A stretch of 64,000 nucleotides of DNA. Origin: Actinomycetes bacterium (GTDB lineage Bacteria; Actinomycetota; Acidimicrobiia; Acidimicrobiales; GCA-2861595). Location of the stretch: contig JAHFUS010000005.1 in NCBI GenBank assembly GCA_023264975.1, positions 10,771 to 74,770 on the forward strand, given 5' to 3'. This document shows, one piece after another, positions 35,385 through 42,249 of this stretch (within the stretch, counting starts at the first letter, position 1; every line of letters begins with the position of its first letter). The translations under genes were made by a program, and so were the position numbers. The notes below the pieces were generated by a model, which did not search any database, was not told where the DNA came from, and was given only the letters and a program-made list of their open reading frames with translations.

Positions 35385-36601
35385 CAGATCGCCACCTCGA
35401 GGTCCCAGCTGGTGGCCCACACCCGCTGGCGCCGGTTGACGCAGAACGAGGCGATGCCGACGGCGGCGGCCACGACGGCGAAGCCGGCGGTGAAGGAGCC
35501 GGTGCTGCCCTTGAGGGACCCGAGGGCGAAGGGCAGGAGGAAGCCGCCCACGCCACCCGCGGCGCCGACCAGGCCGGTCATGGCGCCCATACGGCCCGGG
35601 AAGCGCTGCGGCACCAGCTGGAACACCGAACCGTTGCCCATGCCGAACGCGCCCATGGCGCCGAACAGGAGGAGGACGGTGACCGGCAGACCGGGCAGGG
35701 TGGCTATGCCGAGGAGGAGGAGCGCCGCGACGCCCAGCGCGGCAGCAAGGACGCGGGTGCCGCCCAGCCGGTCGGACAGCCACCCGCCGAGGGGACGGAG
35801 GAAGGAGCCGGCGGCGGCGCACAGAGCGGCGAACCCGCCGGCGGTCACCTTGGTGAGCCCGAAGCGGTCGACGAAGAAGATGGGCAGGTACCCGGCCAGC
35901 CCGACGAAGCCGCCGAACGTCACCAGGTAGAAGCTGCACAGCCACCGGGCGTCGCGGTCCTGCAGCAGCGAGAAGGGATTGTTCGACACACCAAGAGCGG
36001 ACACCGGCCGGGGCGGCTCCTTGGCCAGGACGGCGAACGCCAGCCAGGCCAGGCTGACGGGGATCGCCGCCAGGCCGAACACGCCGTGCCACCCGACGTG
36101 TTCGGCCAAACGGGGGGCTGCCAGTGCGGCTATCAGGGTCCCGGAGTTGCCGGCGCCCGCGATGCCCAGGGCCAGGCCCTGGTGCTCGGGCGGGTACCAG
36201 CGGCTGGCGAGGGGCAGGGCGACGGCGAAGCTGGCGCCGGCGATGCCGAGGAGCAGGCCGATGCCGATGACCTGCGAGTAGGTGCCGCCGCCCAGCCAAC
36301 CCCACGTCAGGGGCACGAGGGTCAGGCCCATGGTGACGAGGCCGGTGCGGCGAACGCCCACGCGGTCGGCCAGCGTGCCGAGCAGGAGGCGGCATGCCGA
36401 TCCGCCGAGCGGCGGCACCGCCACCATCAGGCCCTTCTGAGCGGCAGACAGGTGGAGGTCGGACCCGACGTAGGCGCCGAGGGCGCCGAGCAGGACCCAG
36501 ACCATGAACGAGATGTCGAAGTGCACCAGCGCCGCCACCAGGCTGGGCGTATGGCCGGCGTCGCGAAAACCTTTGATTGCCACCCGCTCAGGCTCTCGCA
36601 C
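35384..36601 (-). CDS. narK: MFS nitrate/nitrite transporter (NarK/NasA type)
   Basis: 12-TM MFS pattern with nitrate/nitrite-porter-like motifs (GALGAYV, GGSACRLLLGTLADRVGVRR, AGAGNSG). First gene of the nas operon. Confidence 0.9.
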   Translation of the reverse strand: MREPERVAIKGFRDAGHTPSLVAALVHFDISFMVWVLLGALGAYVGSDLHLSAAQKGLMVAVPPLGGSACRLLLGTLADRVGVRRTGLVTMGLTLVPLTWGWLGGGTYSQVIGIGLLLGIAGASFAVALPLASRWYPPEHQGLALGIAGAGNSGTLIAALAAPRLAEHVGWHGVFGLAAIPVSLAWLAFAVLAKEPPRPVSALGVSNNPFSLLQDRDARWLCSFYLVTFGGFVGLAGYLPIFFVDRFGLTKVTAGGFAALCAAAGSFLRPLGGWLSDRLGGTRVLAAALGVAALLLLGIATLPGLPVTVLLLFGAMGAFGMGNGSVFQLVPQRFPGRMGAMTGLVGAAGGVGGFLLPFALGSLKGSTGSFTAGFAVVAAAVGIASFCVNRRQRVWATSWDLEVAI

Positions 36602-36796
36602 CCCTGTGTTGCGCCGGTTGCCGTGGTGTCAACGCAAGACTACGAAGCGCTGACGGTCACTCCAGGGTGACGTGCGGGAATCGTCACCCGCTGTTCACAG
36701 TGCCGGCGTCCAGCGGCTCGGGGCGCTCGGAACCCGCCTCCTGTCCCCATGGTGCTCTGTGTGCCGGCGCCCTGGGCGGGGCGGGGCCGGACTGCC

Positions 36797-37363
36797 TCAG
36801 GCAGGGACCAGCCCACCGCCGACCGGCTCGATGCCGAGGTCCCCGTAGGTCACCAGGGCGACGTAGGGGATGCCCTTGTCCTTGAAGTAGGAGGCGGCTA
36901 CCTCGCCGCGGTCCACGAGGGTGACGGCGGCGACCACCGTGGCGCCGGTGGCGACGATGGCGTCATGCGCCTTCTGGATCGAGCCGCCCGAGGTGACGGC
37001 GTCGTCCACCAGCACCACTCGGATGCCCGGTCCCACCTTCGCCCCCTCCACCAGCTTGCCGGTGCCACGGCCTTTTGGCTGCTTGCGCACCACGAACCAC
37101 TCGGCGCCCGACAGGATGGCGACGCCGTGGGCCAGATGGTCGGCGCCCATGGTGAGCCCGCCGACGGCGTCGAACGCGATGCCGTGCACCGCCTCGAGCA
37201 GGGCCCGGCATGCCACCTCCAGGTCGGCGCCACGGCTCAGGGCGGCCTTCCCGTCGACGAAGTCCCGGCTGGTCTGGCCCGAGGCCAGCACGACAGGCTC
37301 GGGAAGGTGGATCAGCCCGCGCTCGCGTACGGTGTCGACGACCTGCTGGCGGAGACTGCTCAT
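36797..37363 (-). CDS. pyrE: Orotate phosphoribosyltransferase-like PRTase
   Basis: ACAGGAGCAGCAC-ATG. FDAVGGLTMGADHLA, VVRKQPKGRGTGKLVEG, and PRPP loop VVLVDDAVTSGGS. Confidence 0.8.
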   Translation of the reverse strand: MSSLRQQVVDTVRERGLIHLPEPVVLASGQTSRDFVDGKAALSRGADLEVACRALLEAVHGIAFDAVGGLTMGADHLAHGVAILSGAEWFVVRKQPKGRGTGKLVEGAKVGPGIRVVLVDDAVTSGGSIQKAHDAIVATGATVVAAVTLVDRGEVAASYFKDKGIPYVALVTYGDLGIEPVGGGLVPA

Positions 37364-37433
37364 GTGCTGCTCCTGTGTCGCGGTGGCCGGGCGGTAAGCC
37401 ATGGTTGCACGGCATGGCCGTCACCTATGGGCA

Positions 37434-37913
37434 TCAGGCCTCGCGCTCGGCCGCCTGCTTGAGGGCCGCCAGCGTGGTGCGGATGCCCTCCTCCATGTCG
37501 CCACGGCGGTCGGTGACGCCGGTGGTGGCCCGGGTGAGCAGCCGGGCGCCGGCGCCGAGGGCCTTGCGCATCTCGAACGACTCGGTGACGAGCGTGCCCC
37601 CGTCGACCGGTTCGAAGCGGTACCGCCACCAGGTGCCCGGCTTGCCCGTGCCGCCGGTGACGAAGACGAAGCTGCGGCCAGGTTCCGCTTCGGTGACCTC
37701 GCACGTGGTGGACCACTTGGACCGGCCCCGGCGGTTGTAGCCCTTGAACCGGGCGCCGACGACCGGGCCGGTGGCGCCGTCGAGCCATTCGCCCCGCTCG
37801 TTCTCCGGGCTCCAGTCGCCCATGCGCGTCACGTCGGTGACCATCGCCCACAACGTTTCCGGCGCCGCCCGCACGTTGATGCTGCCCTCGCCGGTCCGTC
37901 CGTCGTCGTTCAT
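37434..37913 (-). CDS. SRPBCC (START/polyketide-cyclase-like) family protein
   Basis: INVRAAPETLWAMVTDVTRMGDWSPE..W..F.G.N.......W.T.C.VTEAEPGR.F.F is the typical SRPBCC pattern. Confidence 0.8.
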   Translation of the reverse strand: MNDDGRTGEGSINVRAAPETLWAMVTDVTRMGDWSPENERGEWLDGATGPVVGARFKGYNRRGRSKWSTTCEVTEAEPGRSFVFVTGGTGKPGTWWRYRFEPVDGGTLVTESFEMRKALGAGARLLTRATTGVTDRRGDMEEGIRTTLAALKQAAEREA

Positions 37914-38031
37914 GGCTTCCTCCGTTGCCGTTCGTCCCCATCATGGCCGACGGTGATTGCTCCGTCGCACCAGCGGGCAGAACGAAGCCCACCGGCGGTC
38001 GCCTCCCCAAGCTCGCGGGCTGACACGCAAA

Positions 38032-38064
38032 CCCGGCGAGGCGACGACTGTCCGCCTCGCCGGG
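38032..38064 (-). terminator. GC-rich hairpin (12-bp stem) followed by a U-rich tract on the minus strand
   Basis: cccggcgaggcg-acgactgtc-cgcctcgccggg. The minus-strand RNA continues UUUGCGUGU. It lies in the divergent gap between the SRPBCC gene and the peptidase gene, so its role (5'-UTR attenuator or antisense terminator) is unclear. Confidence 0.3.
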
Positions 38065-38085
38065 GGGACCGGCCTGCCGGCCGAG

Positions 38086-38121
38086 TTCCCGTAGGTACCT
38101 CCGTTCCCGTGGGTACCTCCG
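38086..38121. repeat. Tandem direct repeat 2 x 18 nt upstream of the peptidase gene
   Basis: TTCCCGTAGGTACCTCCG / TTCCCGTGGGTACCTCCG (1 mismatch). Each copy contains the palindrome GGTACC. About 50 nt upstream of ATG 38170. Confidence 0.85.
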
Positions 38122-38169
38122 CCGGGTGAGAATGCACACCCTGAATGGGAACCGGCCGACCTCCGGTCG

Positions 38170-41100
38170 ATGAGCGCCGACGATGGAACGGGTGAGCGAT
38201 CTGTGCGACGAGTCCTTCATCTTCACCGCTCACCTGGCGCTGCCCGCCACTGGACGGCGATCACCGCCGGTGTCGTCGCGGCACTTGCCGCCTCCACTGT
38301 GGCGGCCGTGGGAAGCGTGCCGGCCGGCGCTCAGTACGGCGGGAGGGCGACCGGGAAGCCCACAACGGGTCGCCTCTCCGCCCGCCTGGATGCACTGTCC
38401 CGGACGGCGGAGGGACGGGCGCCGAGAGCCGGTGTTCCGGGCTCCGACCTCCCGAGCGGCCGCAGCGGCGGGGTAAGGCGTCTCGACGACGGCAGAGTCG
38501 TCGTCGACGTAGACGTGTACGCCGACCGCATGCACGGGGCTCCAGAAGCGTTGGGCGCCATCGGTGACGTCCTGGCGGTGAGCGACACAAGCCTTCACAC
38601 GGTCACCATGGCGGTGGAGGCCGGCGAGCTCGACCGGCTGGCACAGCGCGACGCGGTCCGCTACGTGAACGAGGTCGTGACACCGGTGCAGCGGGGCTGC
38701 TCCCCCGGGATCTCCGAGGGGGACGGACAACTCAAGGCCGGGCCGGCCCGGTCGACCTACGGTGTCGACGGGACCGGCGTCCGTGTCGGCATCCTGTCGG
38801 ACTCGTTCGACCGGTCGCCCGCCGGTGCCGCCACCAGCCCCACTGCCGACATGGCGGCTGGCGATCTGCCCGGCGCCGCCAACCCGTGCGGCCGCCTCGC
38901 GCCGGTGAGTGTCCTCGCCGACGACGCGGTGGAGACGACCGACCGGCCCAACCAGGACGAGGGCCGGGCCATGGCCCAGATCGTCCACGACCTGGCTCCC
39001 GGCGCCAGCCTGTCGTTCGCCTCCGCAAACGTGAGCGAAACCGCCTTCGCCAACAACATCACCTCGCTCGTCAACGCCGGCGCCAAGGTGATCGTCGACG
39101 ACGTGGGCTACTTCAGCGAGCCCTTCTACCAGGACGGCCCGGTGGCGGTGGCCATCAACAACGCGCGGGCGGCGGGCGTGTCGTATGTCACTGCCGCAGG
39201 CAACGCCAACATCGTGGTCGGCGGTGCCGACGTGGGTTCCTACGAAGCGACGAGCTACCGCCCCACGCCGTGCCCGCCGCTCGTCACGGGCTACCTCGAC
39301 TGCCACTCGTTCACTCCCGCAGGCCCTGGCGACAGCACCTCCCGGATGGTTATCCCGGCCGGCAGGACCGTGACCCTCGATCTCCAGTGGGCGCAGCCGC
39401 GGGGCGGCGTGACCACCGATCTCGATGTTTGCATCCTCAACGCCGCAACTGGTGTGTTGCTGCGGTGCGCGGTAGACGACAACCCCGGCCCCGGCGGCAG
39501 CCAGCGTCCCTTCGAGCTGGCGTCGTACAAGAACACCACGGGCAGCTCCCAGGCCGTCGACGTGGTCGTGGCCCGCTACTCCGGCCCTGGTGCCCGGTTC
39601 AAGTGGGTCCACGGCGGCGATGCGCCGTCGAGCGTGGAGTACTCGGTGTCGTCCGGGGGCGACGTCTACGGGCCGACGGTCTTCGGGCACAGCGGAGCGG
39701 AGGGCGCCATCTCGATCGGCGCCGTCCCCTACAGCAACGCCGGCGTGGCGGAGCCGTACTCGTCGCGCGGGCCCGTGACCTACCTCTTCAACCCGGTGCC
39801 GAGCACCGCCGCGCTGGGGTCGCCCCTCGTATTGGCCAAGCCGGACGTCGCCGCGTCGGACTGCGGGCAGACGTCCTTCTTTCCGCCGCTCTCGGCCTCA
39901 CCCCACCGCTTCTGCGGGACCTCCGCCGCCGCACCGCACGCCGCCGGCGTCGTGGCGCTGCTGCTCAACGCCAGCACCACGCTCACGCCGGCGCAGGTTG
40001 CAGCCACGCTGCGGAACACGGCGGCGCCGGTCCCCGGGGCGCCCGCTTCGGCCGTCGGCACCGGACTGATCGATGCAGCCGCAGCGGTCGCATCTCTCGG
40101 CGTGCCGGTGAGCGACGTGTCGGCTTCGATCGCCGACGCGTCGGTGCTGGAAGGCGGCCCGGGGCTCACGGCCTCGCTGAGCTTCACCGTCACCCTGTCG
40201 GCCCCCAGCGCAGCCACCGTCACCCTCGGGTACGCCACGGCCGACGGGACGGCGACGGCGCCCGGCGACTACTCGTCCACCTCGGGCACGCTCGCCATAG
40301 CGCCCGGGCAGCGCAGCGCCACCATCGTCGTGCCGGTGGTGGGCGACGCCTCCGTCGAGGGGAACGAGACGCTCACCGTGCACCTCGGGAGCCCGGCCGC
40401 CGTCCCGCTGGCCGACGGCGTGGCGACCGGCACCATCGTGGACGACGAGCAGCGCAACGGCTACTGGCTCGTCGCCTCCGACGGTGGCATCTTCGCCTTC
40501 GGTGACGCCAGGTTCCTCGGCTCCACCGGCGCCATCCGCTTGGCCCAGCCCATCGTCGGGATGGCGCCGACCCCCTCCGGAAACGGGTATTGGTTGGTCG
40601 CGTCGGACGGCGGGATCTTCGCCTTCGGCGACGCCAGGTTCCTCGGGTCCACCGGCGCCGTCCGCCTGGCCCAGCCGATCGTCGGGATGGTGCCGACACC
40701 GTCCGGAAAGGGGTACTGGCTGGTCGCCGCCGACGGCGGCATCTTCGCCTTCGGTGACGCCCGGTTCCTCGGGTCCACCGGCGCCCTCAAGCTGAACCGG
40801 CCGATCGTGGCCATGGCGGCCACGCCGTCGGGCAACGGCTACTGGCTGGTCGCGTCGGACGGCGGGATCTTCGCCTTCGGCGACGCCGCCTTCCTCGGCT
40901 CGACGGGAGCCATCCGCCTGGCCCAGCCGATCGTGGGGATGGCGGCCACCCCGTCCGGCAGGGGGTACTGGCTGGTCGCCTCCGACGGCGGCATCTTCGC
41001 CTTCGGCGACGCCAGGTTCCTCGGTTCCACGGGCGCCATCAAGCTCAACCTACCCATCGTCGCCATGGCGCCGACGCGGTCGGGCAACGGCTACTGGCTC

Positions 41101-41211
41101 ACGGCATCCGACGGCGGGATCTTTGCCTTCGGCGGCGCCGCATTCTTCGGCTCGACCGGCGCCATCAAGCTGGCCCGGCCGGTCGTCGGCGTCGGCGTCG
41201 CCCGTCCCTGA
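38170..41211 (+). CDS. Secreted S8 (subtilisin-like) peptidase with Calx-beta domain and six C-terminal 40-aa repeats
   Basis: Signal-like ITAGVVAALAASTVAAVGSVPAGA. Peptidase motifs GILSDSFD, EGRAMAQIVHDLAPGA and FCGTSAAAPHAAGVVALL. Calx-beta-like segment VLEGG..FTVTLS..ATVTLGYATADGTATAPGDY..G.L..APG....I.V.V.GD...E.NE. Then 6 x (N/K/R)GYWLVASDGGIFAFGDARFLGSTGAI.L..PIVGMA.TPSG. Confidence 0.88.
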   Translation: MSADDGTGERSVRRVLHLHRSPGAARHWTAITAGVVAALAASTVAAVGSVPAGAQYGGRATGKPTTGRLSARLDALSRTAEGRAPRAGVPGSDLPSGRSGGVRRLDDGRVVVDVDVYADRMHGAPEALGAIGDVLAVSDTSLHTVTMAVEAGELDRLAQRDAVRYVNEVVTPVQRGCSPGISEGDGQLKAGPARSTYGVDGTGVRVGILSDSFDRSPAGAATSPTADMAAGDLPGAANPCGRLAPVSVLADDAVETTDRPNQDEGRAMAQIVHDLAPGASLSFASANVSETAFANNITSLVNAGAKVIVDDVGYFSEPFYQDGPVAVAINNARAAGVSYVTAAGNANIVVGGADVGSYEATSYRPTPCPPLVTGYLDCHSFTPAGPGDSTSRMVIPAGRTVTLDLQWAQPRGGVTTDLDVCILNAATGVLLRCAVDDNPGPGGSQRPFELASYKNTTGSSQAVDVVVARYSGPGARFKWVHGGDAPSSVEYSVSSGGDVYGPTVFGHSGAEGAISIGAVPYSNAGVAEPYSSRGPVTYLFNPVPSTAALGSPLVLAKPDVAASDCGQTSFFPPLSASPHRFCGTSAAAPHAAGVVALLLNASTTLTPAQVAATLRNTAAPVPGAPASAVGTGLIDAAAAVASLGVPVSDVSASIADASVLEGGPGLTASLSFTVTLSAPSAATVTLGYATADGTATAPGDYSSTSGTLAIAPGQRSATIVVPVVGDASVEGNETLTVHLGSPAAVPLADGVATGTIVDDEQRNGYWLVASDGGIFAFGDARFLGSTGAIRLAQPIVGMAPTPSGNGYWLVASDGGIFAFGDARFLGSTGAVRLAQPIVGMVPTPSGKGYWLVAADGGIFAFGDARFLGSTGALKLNRPIVAMAATPSGNGYWLVASDGGIFAFGDAAFLGSTGAIRLAQPIVGMAATPSGRGYWLVASDGGIFAFGDARFLGSTGAIKLNLPIVAMAPTRSGNGYWLTASDGGIFAFGGAAFFGSTGAIKLARPVVGVGVARP
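40456..41208 (+). repeat. Six tandem 120-nt (40-aa) coding repeats
   Basis: The repeat units begin at N/K/R-GYWL every 120 nt. The amino-acid sequence is far better conserved than the nucleotides, with many synonymous differences. Confidence 0.9.
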
Positions 41212-41296
41212 GAGCGCGTCTGCCGGTCGTCAGCGGAGCCCCTGGAGGACAGCCGGAGTCCACACCGTCGATGCGTCGACCACGTCGGCATCCTCC

Positions 41297-42184
41297 CTAC
41301 GTGTTGTCGTACCGGTAGAAGCCGCGCCCGGTCTTGCGGCCGAGCAGCCCGCCGTCCACCATCCGCGACAGCAGCGGGGGCACGGCGTAGAGGGGCTCTT
41401 TGAACTCGTCGTAGAGGGATTGGGCGGCCGCCCTGGTGACGTCGAGGCCGATGAAGTCGGCCAGGGCCAGCGGGCCCATGGGGTGGTTGCACCCGAGCGT
41501 CATGCCGGCGTCCACGTCCTCCGCGGTGGCGAAGCCCGTCTCCACCATGCGGATGGCGGAGACCAAGTAGGGGATGAGGAGTGCGTTGACCACGAAGCCG
41601 GCCCGGTCCTTGGAGATGATCACCCGCTTGTGGAGGACCCCCTCGGCGAACGACTGGGCGGCGAGGACGGCCCCGTCGCTGGTGAGCAGCGACGGGACCA
41701 GCTCCACCAGCTTCAGCACCGGCACGGGGCTGAAGAAGTGCAGCCCGAGGACCTGCTGCGGGCGATCGGTTGCCATGGCCAGGCGCATGATCGGGATGGC
41801 CGACGTGTTGGTGGCCAGCACCGCGTCGTGTGCCGTCACGACCTTGTCGAGGGTGGCGAACACCTCGACCTTGGCCGGCTCGTACTCGGTGACGGCCTCG
41901 ATGACGAGCTGGCGGTCGGCCATTTCCCCGAGGTCCGTGGTGTACCGCAGGCGGGCAACGGCGCCGGCGTGGTCCTCCTCCGAGAGCTTCTGGCGGGCCA
42001 GCCCCTTTCGGAGTGACCCCTCGATGCGGCGGCGGCCGGCGCCCATGGCGTCGGCGTCGACCTCGCGGACGACCACGTCGACACCTGCTTTGGCGCACAC
42101 CTCGGCGATGCCCGAGCCCATGAGGCCGCAGCCCACGACGCCAACGCGCTCGATCGACGTGGTGGTGACCGACGCCGGTGTCAC
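41297..42184 (-). CDS. 3-hydroxybutyryl-CoA / 3-hydroxyacyl-CoA dehydrogenase (NAD-binding, Hbd-like)
   Basis: VGVVGCGLMGSGIAEVCA, ATNTSAIPI, GLHFFSPVPVLKLVELV, DRAGFVVNALL and GCNHPMGPLALADFIGLD. GTG 42184 chosen; the upstream part of the 529-aa ORF is not protein-like. Confidence 0.9.
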   Translation of the reverse strand: MTPASVTTTSIERVGVVGCGLMGSGIAEVCAKAGVDVVVREVDADAMGAGRRRIEGSLRKGLARQKLSEEDHAGAVARLRYTTDLGEMADRQLVIEAVTEYEPAKVEVFATLDKVVTAHDAVLATNTSAIPIMRLAMATDRPQQVLGLHFFSPVPVLKLVELVPSLLTSDGAVLAAQSFAEGVLHKRVIISKDRAGFVVNALLIPYLVSAIRMVETGFATAEDVDAGMTLGCNHPMGPLALADFIGLDVTRAAAQSLYDEFKEPLYAVPPLLSRMVDGGLLGRKTGRGFYRYDNT

Positions 42185-42213
42185 TGATGCACCATCCCTT
42201 CGTGATGTCGCAC
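42181..42213 (-). promoter_or_regulatory. Conserved leader motif, copy 1 (immediately upstream of and including the hbd start)
   Basis: Plus strand tcacTGATgcaccatcccttcgtgatgTcgcac. The same pattern occurs at 44958..44990. The mRNA reads GUGCGACAUCACGAAGGGAUGGUGC-AUCA-GUG, with the SD-like GAAGGGA inside an imperfect hairpin. Confidence 0.5.
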
Positions 42214-42249
42214 CAGCGAGTTGCTTGATGGACCGTCCTCCCGGGCCGG

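Noticed and set aside
32826-36395. 1189-aa minus-strand ORF suggesting a giant NirB fusion, and the 682-aa ORF 32476..34524
   Set aside because: Only the last 852 codons (from ATG 35384) are NirB. The upstream third is an out-of-frame read through narK. Likewise only the last 117 codons of 32476..34524 are NirD. The extensions are Arg/Pro-rich nonsense.
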